A stretch of 64,000 nucleotides of DNA from an uncultured cyanobacterium (lineage in GTDB: Bacteria > Cyanobacteriota > Cyanobacteriia > PCC-6307 > Cyanobiaceae), in the NCBI GenBank assembly GCA_963765575.1, contig CAVXWZ010000008.1:312418-376417 (forward strand), in the 5' to 3' direction. Below the pieces are notes generated by a model that was not told the origin of the DNA, did no database searches, and was given only the letters and a program-made list of their open reading frames with translations. The position numbers and the translations under genes were made by a program. Below, piece by piece: positions 9,867-19,625 of the stretch. Positions within the stretch are counted from its first letter, which is position 1. Each line of letters begins with the position of its first letter.

Positions 9867-9940
9867 TGGCTCGGGGGAGACTTGAACTCCCGACCTTGGG
9901 GTTATGAATCCCACGCTCTAACCAGCTGAGCTACCGAGCC
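9867..9940 (-). tRNA. tRNA-Met (CAT), elongator-type
   Basis: Reverse complement GGCTCGGTAGCTCAGCTGGTTAGAGCGTGGGATTCATAACCCCAAGGTCGGGAGTTCAAGTCTCCCCCGAGCCA folds as a cloverleaf with anticodon CAT and paired G1-C72. Confidence 0.95.
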
Positions 9941-9957
9941 GCGGTGGATGGAGTGTA

Positions 9958-11109
9958 TCAGGCGCGGGGCGGCAGGAACTTGAGTGGATTCAGGGCACTA
10001 CCACCGGCCGGGTGGATTTCGAAGTGGAGGTGGGGGCCGGTGCTGCGGCCGGTGCTGCCCATCAGGGAGATCACCGTTCCCTGCCGCACCTGCTGGCCAC
10101 TGCTCACCATCAGGCGGCTGTTGTGGGCATAGAGCGAACGGCTGCCATCGGGGTGCCGGAGCTCGACGAGATAGCCATAGCCCCCGTCGTGCCATCCGGA
10201 GAACGTCACCTGGCCACTGCGGGCGGCCTTGATCGGGGTGCCGACGTTGTTGGCCAGATCGATGCCGCGATGCATGCGGCCCCAGCGCCAGCCGTAGCCG
10301 GAGGTGAACACGCCGCTGGTGGGCCAGATCCAGGTGTGGGCACCACGATCTTGAAACGGCTGCTGGGGCTGCCCCAGGTTGGGCTGGTCAGGCCAGCTGA
10401 GGCCACCACTGGTGCTGGGGCGCAGACCGAGCACGGCCCGCTGACGCACAGGCGCTGCCTGCACCAGCTGGATCTCACTACCGGCCACCAGCCGGGCGGT
10501 GTCAAGACCGGGGTTGAAGCGCAGCAGCTCCTGCATGGTCACCCCGTAGCGCTGGGCGATCTGCAGCAGGGTGTCCCCGAGGCGCACCACGCCCTTGGTC
10601 TGCGGCGGGGGCGGCGCACTGATCGGAGGCTCCGTGCGCCGCAGGGTGGAGCTGTCGAGGGAGGCCACCCGTTGGGCGGCAGGTCCCTGGCGACTCGGGA
10701 CCACCACCCAATCGCCGCTCTTGAAGCGATGGCTGGTGCCGACATCGTTGAGACCGGCCAGGGACTGGCTCTGCAGACCGATCTGGCGGGAGAGTTCGGC
10801 GATGCTCACCGGCTGACGCACCCGCACCCAGAGGCGATCACTGGGCAGGGCCGCCAGCAGGGTCGCCTCGGGGGAGACAGCATCGGGCAACACGCTGCTG
10901 GCCAGCAACGGTGTGGCGGAGAATTCAGGGGCGTTCAGGGCAGCACCGGCAACGGCGGGCTCAACGCTGGAGCTGAGGCCGAGCAGCTGCTGATCCAGCG
11001 GCTCTTCCTGGGGGCTGCGCTGTGAGACAGCGACACTGATGGCAGGAATAGCCACAACTCCCGGCAGGAGAAGTAGCAGACCCGTTTGAAGTGCGGTTGT
11101 TGGCTTCAT
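9958..11109 (-). CDS. LysM/M23 family metallopeptidase (NlpD-like)
   Basis: LysM (GDTLLQIAQRYGVT) plus M23 motifs HRGID, YAH and STGPHLHFE. Confidence 0.92.
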   Translation of the reverse strand: MKPTTALQTGLLLLLPGVVAIPAISVAVSQRSPQEEPLDQQLLGLSSSVEPAVAGAALNAPEFSATPLLASSVLPDAVSPEATLLAALPSDRLWVRVRQPVSIAELSRQIGLQSQSLAGLNDVGTSHRFKSGDWVVVPSRQGPAAQRVASLDSSTLRRTEPPISAPPPPQTKGVVRLGDTLLQIAQRYGVTMQELLRFNPGLDTARLVAGSEIQLVQAAPVRQRAVLGLRPSTSGGLSWPDQPNLGQPQQPFQDRGAHTWIWPTSGVFTSGYGWRWGRMHRGIDLANNVGTPIKAARSGQVTFSGWHDGGYGYLVELRHPDGSRSLYAHNSRLMVSSGQQVRQGTVISLMGSTGRSTGPHLHFEIHPAGGSALNPLKFLPPRA

Positions 11110-11243
11110 TCAATACTGTCCCCAAACGACAAAGCCCAGTGGAGAAGCCTGCATCCATGGACCGCGCAGACAGTAGCGGACGGGACCGGGGGTAGCAAGT
11201 TCAGCCAAGACCTGAATTGGCACGCGTCGGTGGCTGGGGTTGA

Positions 11244-11730
11244 TCAGGATTGCCCCAACTCACCCAGTTGGCGCAAGGCCTCGTACAGCACCACCGCAAC
11301 GGCCGAGGCCAGGTTGAGGCTGCGCACGCCGCCGCCGGGATGGTGGCGCGATCGGGCCATGGGGATCGTCAGGCAGATGTCGGACTCCGCCAGCAGGGCC
11401 GGCGGCAGGCCCTCAGTTTCGCGACCGAAGAGGAGCCAGTCGTCGGTCGGCGAAGGCAAAACTGGCGTAGCTGGTGCTGCCGTGGGCGCTGAGGGCCAGC
11501 AGGCGCCCGCCACGCCGTTGCTGCTCCAGGCGGCACTGTTCCCAGTCGCCGTGCCGGTGCAGGGGCACCCAGGGCCAGTAGTCGAGACCGGCACGCCGCA
11601 GCCGCCGGTCACTGATCTCGAAACCCAGGGGGTCCACCAGGTGCAGCTCCTGGCCCGTGGCGGCGCAGGTGCGCGCCACATTGCCTGTGTTGGGCGGGAT
11701 CTGGGGCTGGTACAGCACCACACGGGGCAT
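11244..11730 (-). CDS. trmL: tRNA (cytidine/uridine(34)-2'-O)-methyltransferase TrmL, apparent frameshift near 11445
   Basis: [14 protein letters not shown] and LRRAGLDYW in one frame; [11 protein letters not shown] and [11 protein letters not shown] in another. Confidence 0.88.
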
Positions 11731-11749
11731 GGGAGAGGGGCGGAGGAGG

Positions 11750-12307
11750 TCAGCTGCTGGGCACCGGCTCGCTGAGCGCGAGCAGGTCGATGGCCCGGCC
11801 GGCCACCACCAGCCAGAGATGCTGGCAGTGGCCGCTGAGCCGCTCCTCCAGGGCACCGAGCCGGTCGCGGAAACGACCGCCGATGGCGGTGGGCGGCACC
11901 ACGCCCCAGCCCGTCTGTTCACTCACCAGCAGCACCCGGGCGGGGCAGGCGACCAGGCTGGCCAGCAAGGCGTCCTGCCGGCCGGCCCAGGCCTGCTCGT
12001 CGAGGTCCAGACCCCAGCTCACCCAGGTGCCAAGGGAATCCACCAGGGCGAGATCGCCGACGGGCAACGCCGCGAGGGCATCCGCCAGCTGCTCACCCAC
12101 CTCGACACAGCGCCAGGCGGCCGGCCGGCGGCGGCGGTGCAGCGCCAGGCGTTGCTGCCAGGCGGCATCGGCGGGCAGGTGCGGCCCGGTGGCCAGGTAG
12201 TGCACGGGCAGACCGCTGCGCTTGGCCAGGTGTTCGGCCCAGCGGCTCTTGCCACTGCGGGCCGGACCGGTGATCAGCTCCAGCGACCAGGCCTCAGCCA
12301 CCGCCAT
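11750..12307 (-). CDS. cobU: Bifunctional adenosylcobinamide kinase/phosphate guanylyltransferase
   Basis: GPARSGKS P-loop, [15 protein letters not shown] and [10 protein letters not shown]. Confidence 0.92.
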   Translation of the reverse strand: MAVAEAWSLELITGPARSGKSRWAEHLAKRSGLPVHYLATGPHLPADAAWQQRLALHRRRRPAAWRCVEVGEQLADALAALPVGDLALVDSLGTWVSWGLDLDEQAWAGRQDALLASLVACPARVLLVSEQTGWGVVPPTAIGGRFRDRLGALEERLSGHCQHLWLVVAGRAIDLLALSEPVPSS

Positions 12308-13442
12308 TCATGTTGCGCAGGGTGGCCACCGACGAGGGCGAGACGCGGTTGAGATAACGGAAGATCCAGTATTTGAAGACGGTGGCCAAGACCACCGGAA
12401 AGGTGGCGATGAAAAGCATGATGAAATTCTCACGGGCTGGCAATCCCAGGTGGTGGGCAATGCCATTGAGCAGCACCGTCCAGCCCTCTGGACTATGGAA
12501 ACCCACAAACACATCGGTGAACAAGATGATGGCAAAGGCCTTGGCACTATCGCTGAGCCCATAGACAAGTTCATCGATGAACGCTTTCAGGGCCTGAATT
12601 TCTCGGCGTCCGAGCAGGCACATCAGCGCAAAGCCCAGCAGGCCGGCGAAATCCGACAGCACGTTTTTCACCGCTTCAGAGCTGGTCTGGTCGGCCTCCT
12701 GCTTGAGCAGTTCTGCCCGTTCGGTGAGCATCGCCTGCAGCTGCTCCCGTTCGGGAATCGGCTTGCCCCGGAGCAGGGCATCAAATTCCACCTCCTCCTT
12801 GAACACCCTCAGCTTCTCCACGGCCTGCTCCTCCAGGGCCGGTTTGGGGTAGGTGAGGAAGGGGGCCTCGGGGGCGAAGCGATCCACCAGGGGCGACACC
12901 ACCAGGGAACGGCTGAGCTGCTGCACCAGCAGGGGCACGAGCACCAGCAGCAGCAGGATGCGCAGGGACACAAGCGTCGAATCCCGGCGTCGCCGGAAGC
13001 CCTCCAGCAGGTTCACCTCGGCGTCGGGATCGAGCTGGCGACGGACGCGATCGAGCACGCCGATCAGGCTGCGGGGCAGCACCTCCGGGGCACGGGTGAG
13101 GGCGGGCTTGGCACTCAGCCGGGTGGGGTCGTAGCGCTCCAGCACCGCCTCAACATCATCCAGCTGGCGCCGGCCTTCGGGGCTGAGGACCTGGCGGTCA
13201 TCCTGCAGCGTGCTCGTGGCGCTGCGGCACACCTCCAGGGCCGTCTGGAAACGGCGGCGCAGCTGGGCCTGGGCGGCCCGCGGCATCGGCAGGGCCTGAT
13301 CCAGCCGCACGGCACGGGCGTTGAAATGCTCCCGCTCGATCGTCTCGATCGTGCGGGCCGCCTCCACGGCCCGCCGCAGGTCGTGGCTGATCTGGCGGTT
13401 CTGGGCCTTGCTGAAGGTGCCCAACCAATCGCTCAAGCCCAT
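12294..13442 (-). CDS. pcxA: Proton extrusion protein PcxA/CotA (CemA family)
   Basis: LSDSAKAFAIILFTDVFVGFHSPEGW and FKYWIFRYLNRVSPS. Confidence 0.93.
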   Translation of the reverse strand: MGLSDWLGTFSKAQNRQISHDLRRAVEAARTIETIEREHFNARAVRLDQALPMPRAAQAQLRRRFQTALEVCRSATSTLQDDRQVLSPEGRRQLDDVEAVLERYDPTRLSAKPALTRAPEVLPRSLIGVLDRVRRQLDPDAEVNLLEGFRRRRDSTLVSLRILLLLVLVPLLVQQLSRSLVVSPLVDRFAPEAPFLTYPKPALEEQAVEKLRVFKEEVEFDALLRGKPIPEREQLQAMLTERAELLKQEADQTSSEAVKNVLSDFAGLLGFALMCLLGRREIQALKAFIDELVYGLSDSAKAFAIILFTDVFVGFHSPEGWTVLLNGIAHHLGLPARENFIMLFIATFPVVLATVFKYWIFRYLNRVSPSSVATLRNMNGGG

Positions 13443-13498
13443 GCCCTCAGCGCCATGTGTGCAGTCCCATCAGATCGGCGGGCAGGGCGAATTCGGCA

Positions 13499-14164
13499 TC
13501 AGCGCGAAAACACCCACCAGGTGAGCATGGGCACGATCGTGCCCAGCACCAGCAGCACCACCACCCAGGTGAAGGCGTTGCTGGCGGCGGTGTCCTCACG
13601 GCTGGGCACATTGCTCGGCGCCGTCACCACGGCGGCCACCACCGGATCGCCGGGATCCTCGCCGCCCTCCAGCACCGTGAGCAGGCGCGTGATGCCATCC
13701 AGGCTGGCCTGGCGGTAGCGGGCACCATCGCGGATCGGCAGGGCCATGGTGCTGCGGGCGGTGCGGCGCAACAGTGACGGGCTGAGCCTCCCCTGCAGAT
13801 CCTGGGAGCTCACCACCGCCGCGCTGTTGGTCTGGCTGTCGATCAGGAACAGCAGCTGGGCGCGGCCGGAGGCCGGGTCACGCCAGCGGTCCACCAGCTG
13901 ACCTCCCAGCTCCGGCAGGGCCAGGCCGTAGTCGAGCTGGTTGAGGGTGAGCAGCCGGGCCTCCACCCGCTCGGCCTGGAAGCTCTCCAGCTGGCGGACC
14001 AGCTCGGAGCTGGCGGCGCGGCTGAGCACACCGGCGGAATCGAGCACCAGCTCCGGGGGCGCCGAGCTGGGAAAGTCCGCCGCCGAGAGCGCCAGGGCGG
14101 AACTGAAGGGCCAGAACAGCAACAGCAGGGCCGCCAGGGCGGCCAGCAGTGGGGAGCGGATCAA
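13499..14164 (-). CDS. psb32: Photosystem II repair protein Psb32 (TPM domain)
   Basis: Signal peptide, VLDSAGVLSRA, GGEDPG, and C-terminal TM (WVVVLLVLGTIVPMLTWW). Confidence 0.82.
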   Translation of the reverse strand: MIRSPLLAALAALLLLFWPFSSALALSAADFPSSAPPELVLDSAGVLSRAASSELVRQLESFQAERVEARLLTLNQLDYGLALPELGGQLVDRWRDPASGRAQLLFLIDSQTNSAAVVSSQDLQGRLSPSLLRRTARSTMALPIRDGARYRQASLDGITRLLTVLEGGEDPGDPVVAAVVTAPSNVPSREDTAASNAFTWVVVLLVLGTIVPMLTWWVFSR

Positions 14165-14224
14165 CGTCCTGCGGTGCGGCTGGCCCTAGTTTGCCGCCTG
14201 TCGTGCGCTCTGTCCGCCGTTGCC

Positions 14225-14884
14225 ATGGCGCTGCCGCCACCAGCCAGAGTGAGCCTCGGGGTTGGGCTGGTCGGCCTGCTGCTGGCGGTGACCAACCAGC
14301 TCAGCGCAGCGGACCAGGATCCGGCCTTCACCCGCGCCGGAGTGCTGGCGGCCCTGTTGGCCGTGGGTCTGATGCTGGTGGCGGTGCTCTGGACCCGGGC
14401 CGTGCCGGAGGCGGCCAGCCGGGCGCCCCTGCAGGGCCGTGAAGGGCTGGAGCTGGCGGATGGGCTGCCCGAGGAGGTGCGTCAGGAGTTGGGCTGGGGC
14501 AGCCAGATGCTGCTGACCGCCAGCCCGGCGGCGGTGGTGCTGGTGTGGTGGCGGGGCCGGGTGCTGCTGCGCCGGGGACTGCTCAGCGCAGCGCTCTTCA
14601 GTCCGGGCCCGATCTGCCGTCGCGCCATCGATCGCCAGCAGGCGATCTCCCTGGTGAATCTGGCCCTCTACCCCGGCCGGGATGAATTCGAGACTTTGCT
14701 GAGCGACCTGCCGGCGGTGCTGGTCCAGCCGCTGGGGGACCAGGGGGTGGTGCTGCTGGGCGGCTGGTCGCCGCGCTGCTTCAGCCGCAGTGATCTCACC
14801 TGGGCGGAGGGCTGGGCCCGGCGGCTTACAGCTGGAATGCTGGCGGCCGGTCCCGCTGCCGCTGGCGATCCCGACCCGGGCTGA
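14225..14884 (+). CDS. Cofactor assembly of complex C subunit B (CCB2/CCB4 family)
   Basis: Two N-terminal TMs, ELGWGSQMLLTAS, NLALYPGRDEF and RCFSRSD. Confidence 0.78.
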   Translation: MALPPPARVSLGVGLVGLLLAVTNQLSAADQDPAFTRAGVLAALLAVGLMLVAVLWTRAVPEAASRAPLQGREGLELADGLPEEVRQELGWGSQMLLTASPAAVVLVWWRGRVLLRRGLLSAALFSPGPICRRAIDRQQAISLVNLALYPGRDEFETLLSDLPAVLVQPLGDQGVVLLGGWSPRCFSRSDLTWAEGWARRLTAGMLAAGPAAAGDPDPG

Positions 14885-16034
14885 CGGGCCCGCCGTCGGC
14901 GGCGCCGGCACCGCCCGGCAGGCGCAGTTCGCTGCGCACCCGCCCGCCGGGGCTGCTGAATTCCACAAACCCTGATTCACCGATGCGGCCCACCAGGCGC
15001 TCGGCCGCTGTCTCGAGACCATTGGCCTCGCTGCGCAGCACCACCCCACCGCTGGCCTCCACCTGGCCGCTGCCCCAGTCCCAGCGGCAGCGGCTGGCCC
15101 GCAACCGGTCACCAGGCTGTTGCAAGCGGCAATCGGCCTGCACCACCAGGGTCTGGTTGACGGCATCGAGACGGAAACCGGTGCCGCTGAAGCGGCTCTT
15201 GCCATACCGCCCGCTGAACGGTTGATCGCTGCTGGCCTGTCGGCGGCGCAGATCGAGACGGGTGGCGCGGGCCTCGATCAGGGCCTGCCGCTGGGGGTCC
15301 TCCAGCCGCACCGGGGCCTGCAGATCAAGGGTCTGGGCCATGGTGTCGCCGCTGAGGCCGGGGGCGGTGAGCCGCTGCACGGCTCCACTCGCCAGGCGCC
15401 GCTGGCCCCGGATCGGGCCCCTGCCCTGCAGCACGGCAGTGCCCGGACTCCAGTCCACGTCCACCAGCGCCAGCTGCAGCGGTTCGTCGCCGCCCTGGCG
15501 CAGCAGGGGGCTCTGGCGCAACTCCAGCCGGTCCTTGTCGATCAGGAAGCGGGCCAGGCCGGCGGTGAGCTCCAGGTCGCCGCTGCTCGCCTTGGGGTTG
15601 CGGTCGATCTCCATGCGCTCCTGCCGCGGATACCAGCGCAGTCGCAGGCCGGTGAGCAGCAGGGGGCGCTCCTCATCGAGGCGCTCCAGGCGGATGGGCC
15701 CCTCCAGCTGAACCAGCTCGCCGTCGTTGAGCACCACGCCGCTGGCGGCGGAAAAGCGATAGCGCGGCTGGCCCTGCTCGTAGAGGACCCCCGTGAGATC
15801 GCGGGACTGGGCGAGCTTGCGCCTGAGGTCATAGCGGGTTTCGGGGCTGCTCAGCTCCCACAACGGCCGGCCCTGCTGGTCCTGACGGCGCAGGTTGAGT
15901 TCGCGGAACACGAACGGCTGGGCCCGCTGCTGGGGCTGGGGCGTGGGTGTACAGCCCAGCAGCACCAGCGCCAGGGGAAGAGCAACAAGCCCCCCGGGCC
16001 CAGCGAGGCCACCGGGCCAGCAGCAGCGGCTCAC
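14826..16034 (-). CDS. lptC: LPS export ABC transporter periplasmic protein LptC family (lipoprotein)
   Basis: Lipobox LLGC and repeated beta-jellyroll-like segments (LWELSSPETRYD). Confidence 0.72.
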   Translation of the reverse strand: MSRCCWPGGLAGPGGLVALPLALVLLGCTPTPQPQQRAQPFVFRELNLRRQDQQGRPLWELSSPETRYDLRRKLAQSRDLTGVLYEQGQPRYRFSAASGVVLNDGELVQLEGPIRLERLDEERPLLLTGLRLRWYPRQERMEIDRNPKASSGDLELTAGLARFLIDKDRLELRQSPLLRQGGDEPLQLALVDVDWSPGTAVLQGRGPIRGQRRLASGAVQRLTAPGLSGDTMAQTLDLQAPVRLEDPQRQALIEARATRLDLRRRQASSDQPFSGRYGKSRFSGTGFRLDAVNQTLVVQADCRLQQPGDRLRASRCRWDWGSGQVEASGGVVLRSEANGLETAAERLVGRIGESGFVEFSSPGGRVRSELRLPGGAGAADGGPVSPGRDRQRQRDRPPAFQL

Positions 16035-17602
16035 AGTGGGCCGTCGAGTTCGAGCCGCTGCATCACCGGCGCCGGCTCGGGCAGCGGCGAGCCGCCGGCG
16101 AGCCGGCCCCAGCTCTGGGCTGCCAGCCAGGCACCCGAAGGGTCAACGGCGGGCCCGCTGGAATCAAAGGGCTGCTGGCCCAGCTGGCGGAGCATGCGCT
16201 CGGAGAGCTCCGGCAGCAGGGGCGCCAGCAGCACCGCCAGCCAACGGCTGGCCTCAAGCACCGCATAGAGATCGGCGGCCACCGCCGCCTCCTGGCCGGG
16301 CTGCTTCATCGCCTTCCAGGGGGCCTGATCGTTGAGAAAACCATTGGCATCGGAGGCCAGCCGCAGGATCGCCTCGGCGGCGGCGCGGAAATCGAGCACC
16401 GCCAGGGCCGTATTCACGGCCTCCGCCGTGTGGGCCGCCTTCAGCGCCAGGGGATGGTCGTCGCCGAGGGCGGCACCGGCCGGTGGCACCGAGGCCTCAA
16501 ACCATTTGCGCGCCATCGAGCTGGTGCGGTTGAGCAGGTTGCCGATGGTGTTGGCCAGATCGCTGTTGACCAGATCGCTGAAGCGCTGCTGCTGGAAGTC
16601 GCCGTCATCACCGAAGGGGATGTCGCGCAGCAGGTACCAGCGCACCGCATCGCGCCCGCAGCGCTGGAGCAGCACCTCCGGATCGAGCACATTGCCGAGC
16701 GATTTGCCCATCTTCTGCCCCTCGCGGGTGAGGAAGCCGTGGCCGAACACCCGCTGTGGCAGCGGCAGCCCCGCCGACAGCAGCATCGCTGGCCAGTAGA
16801 CCGCGTGAAAGCGCAGGATGTCCTTGCCGATCACGTGCAGGTTGGCCGGCCAGCCCCGCTCCAGCACCCGCTCGAGGGCCACCGGCTGGGCGGGGTCGAG
16901 CAGGGCGGTGAGGTAACCGAGCAGGGCGTCGAACCACACATAGAAGGTGTGGCCGGCGTGGCCCGGCACCGGAATGCCCCAGGGGAGATCCACCCGGGAA
17001 ATGGAGAAATCGCGCAGCCCCTGGGCCACGAAGTTTTCCACCTCGCGGCGGCGACCGGCCGGGGCGATGAACCCTGGCCGGCGGATCAGCTCTTCGATCG
17101 GCTGCTGGTAGCGGGACAGTCGGAAGAAGAGATTGACCTCATCGCGCCACTCCAGGGGGCGGCGGTGGATCGGGCATTCCGGATCCTGGGCCTCATGGGG
17201 GTCGTCCTTGAACTCCTCACAGGCCACGCAGTACCAACCCTGCTGGCGCCCTTCCCGCACGTCCCCGGCCGCCTCCACGCGCGCGAAAAACTGTTCCACC
17301 AGTTGGCGGTGGCGGGGGTCGCTGGTGCGGATGAAGCGGTCGTGGCTGATCTGCCAGCGGTTCCAGAGGTCGCGGTAGCCCTCACTGACCCCATCGCAGT
17401 GGGCCTGGGGGCTGAGACCGGCGGCCTCGGCCGTGCGCTGGATCTTCTGGCCGTGCTCGTCGCAACCGGTGATGAAGGTGACCCGCTCACCGCGCAGACG
17501 CTGGTGGCGGGCGATCGCATCACAGGCCAGGGTCGTGTACGTGCTGCCCAGGTGCGCCCGGTCGTTGGCGTAGTAGAGGGGGGTTGTGAGGGTGTAGGAC
17601 AT
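16031..17602 (-). CDS. metG: Methionine--tRNA ligase
   Basis: TTPLYYAN..HLGS, YVWFDAL, IGKDILRFH and KMGKSLGN. Confidence 0.97.
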   Translation of the reverse strand: MSYTLTTPLYYANDRAHLGSTYTTLACDAIARHQRLRGERVTFITGCDEHGQKIQRTAEAAGLSPQAHCDGVSEGYRDLWNRWQISHDRFIRTSDPRHRQLVEQFFARVEAAGDVREGRQQGWYCVACEEFKDDPHEAQDPECPIHRRPLEWRDEVNLFFRLSRYQQPIEELIRRPGFIAPAGRRREVENFVAQGLRDFSISRVDLPWGIPVPGHAGHTFYVWFDALLGYLTALLDPAQPVALERVLERGWPANLHVIGKDILRFHAVYWPAMLLSAGLPLPQRVFGHGFLTREGQKMGKSLGNVLDPEVLLQRCGRDAVRWYLLRDIPFGDDGDFQQQRFSDLVNSDLANTIGNLLNRTSSMARKWFEASVPPAGAALGDDHPLALKAAHTAEAVNTALAVLDFRAAAEAILRLASDANGFLNDQAPWKAMKQPGQEAAVAADLYAVLEASRWLAVLLAPLLPELSERMLRQLGQQPFDSSGPAVDPSGAWLAAQSWGRLAGGSPLPEPAPVMQRLELDGPL

Positions 17603-17755
17603 GCGGCGGTCGATGGCCAGCGGGCGCGCCCGGCCGCCGTCAAGGCGCCCCGGACAGCAGCGGAGCCCGACCCTGCCGATCGCGAGCCGATCCCGGGAAG
17701 CCGGTGCCTGGCCCGGATCCTACCCATCACCAGTCGCCCCTTTCCCCTCGCCGCC

Positions 17756-19600
17756 ATGTCCGAGCAACAGGTTCCGGTGGTGGTGTGGGGAGGCGGCAGC
17801 GGCGGCGTCGCGGCGGCGATCCAGGCGGCCCGCAGCTCCGCCCGCACGCTGCTGCTCACCCCGGGCCCCTGGCTGGGGGGCATGGTCAGCGCCGCCGGCG
17901 TCTGCTGCCCGGACGGCAACGAGCTCAGTCCTTGGCAGACCGGGCTCTGGGGTGCCCTGCTGCGGCAGCTGGCCGCGGAGGAACCCGAGGGCCTGGACCA
18001 GAACTGGGTGAGCTGTTTCGGCTACCGGCCGGCCAGCGCCGAAGGGATTCTGCGCCGCTGGGTGCGGGCTGCCGCGGTGGAGTGGTGGCCGAACTGCCAG
18101 CTGCGGGGGGTGCGCCGCCAGGGGGATCGGATCGCGGCCCTGGAGCTGGAGCGCCACGGCCAGGTGCTGACCGTGCGGCCGGAGATGGCGATCGACGGCA
18201 GTGACCGGGGCGAGCTGATCGCCCTGGCCGGCAGCGCCCACCGCCTCGGCTGGGAGAGCCGCGACCAGTGGCAGGAGCCGAGCGCCCCGTCGGCGGAGCG
18301 ACTGGCCGCCGAGCCATTCTTCCGCCAGCAGCCGGTGCAGTCCCCCACCTGGGTGGCCCTGGGCCGGCTGCGGCGCGATCGTGCCTGCCCCCCGGCGGCC
18401 CCGGCCCCGGCGGTACCGTTCGCGGCCGCCACGCAGGCCTTCGGCCTGGAGCGCACGATCACCTATGGCCGCCTGCCCGGGGATCTGGTGATGCTCAACT
18501 GGCCGCTGCAGGGCAACGACTGGCACAGCGGCCTGGAGCGCGCCTTCAGCGGCGATACCGGCGCCGAAGCCCAGCTGTATGCCGCCATGCGCGAGCACAG
18601 CCGGGCCTTCGCCAAGGCTCTCCAGGAGGCCAGCGATGGCTGGCTGGAGCCGGCGCCGGTGTTCCCGCAGCAGCCGATCGAGCCGACCCAGCCCCTGGAC
18701 GCCGCGCTGGAGGGCCCCTCCGCCCTGGCGCTGATGCCCTACTGGCGCGAGGGCCGTCGGTTGCAGGGGCTGGTGACCGTGACCGAGCAGCAGCTGCTGC
18801 CCGGTGCCCCCGGGGCGTCGATCGCGCCGTTGGCCGGAGTGGAGGGCGCCTGCAGTGCCATCGCCGTGGGCAACTACGCCAACGACCACCACTACCCCGG
18901 CCCGGACTGGCCCCTGGCGCCCAAGAGCTGCCGCTGGGGCGGGCGCTGGAGCGGCACCCCCTTCACCGTGCCCTACGGCGCCCTGGTGAGCCGCGACACC
19001 GTCAACCTGCTGGCCGCCGAGAAGTGCTGCAGCGTCAGCCACATGGCCAACGGTGCCACCCGCCTGCAGCCGCTGATCCTGAACATCGGCCAGGCGGCGG
19101 GGCTGGCGGCGGCCCTTTGTCTGCAGCGCCGTTGCCGGCCTTCCGACCTGCCGGCAGCGGTCCTGCAGGAGGCGCTGATCGCCGACCCGTTGGCCCCGGC
19201 CGGGCCCCTGCCCCTCTGGGATACCCCCTGGCACCACCCCGCCTGGCGGCGGCGGCAGCGGGCAGCCGTGGCCGATCCTGGCCTGGTCGATGGCGGCGGG
19301 CAGCTCTCCGCGGCTGAAAAGCGGGCCGGAGCGCTCGAGGCCGACCTGGATCCAGGCCAGGCCCCACGCGAAACCCTGGAACAGGTCTGGAGCGGCGCGC
19401 TGGTGAGCGACGGCCAGGGAGGCCATCGCCTCGAATCGGGGTCCGACGCCTCCGTCTCAGGGGGCCGCAGCTGGCCCCTGATCACCCTGGAGCCGGCCCT
19501 GCACCAGTGGCTGAACCAGGCCCAGGGCGGCCCGGTGCGGCTGCTGGGTGTGGCCAATCCCTGGGGACCGTGGCTGCGGGTGTCACGCCTGGCGGACTGA
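17756..19600 (+). CDS. FAD-dependent oxidoreductase
   Basis: GGGSGGVAAA dinucleotide-binding motif, WLGGM, PYWREGRR and SVSHMANGATRLQP. Confidence 0.85.
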   Translation: MSEQQVPVVVWGGGSGGVAAAIQAARSSARTLLLTPGPWLGGMVSAAGVCCPDGNELSPWQTGLWGALLRQLAAEEPEGLDQNWVSCFGYRPASAEGILRRWVRAAAVEWWPNCQLRGVRRQGDRIAALELERHGQVLTVRPEMAIDGSDRGELIALAGSAHRLGWESRDQWQEPSAPSAERLAAEPFFRQQPVQSPTWVALGRLRRDRACPPAAPAPAVPFAAATQAFGLERTITYGRLPGDLVMLNWPLQGNDWHSGLERAFSGDTGAEAQLYAAMREHSRAFAKALQEASDGWLEPAPVFPQQPIEPTQPLDAALEGPSALALMPYWREGRRLQGLVTVTEQQLLPGAPGASIAPLAGVEGACSAIAVGNYANDHHYPGPDWPLAPKSCRWGGRWSGTPFTVPYGALVSRDTVNLLAAEKCCSVSHMANGATRLQPLILNIGQAAGLAAALCLQRRCRPSDLPAAVLQEALIADPLAPAGPLPLWDTPWHHPAWRRRQRAAVADPGLVDGGGQLSAAEKRAGALEADLDPGQAPRETLEQVWSGALVSDGQGGHRLESGSDASVSGGRSWPLITLEPALHQWLNQAQGGPVRLLGVANPWGPWLRVSRLAD

Positions 19601-19625
19601 GACCGGCAACGCCCTGGCCTGCCCC

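Noticed and set aside
15947..17755. 1217-aa ORF read as a giant fusion protein
   Set aside because: The first ~600 aa are the antisense shadow of metG. The real gene starts at ATG 17756.
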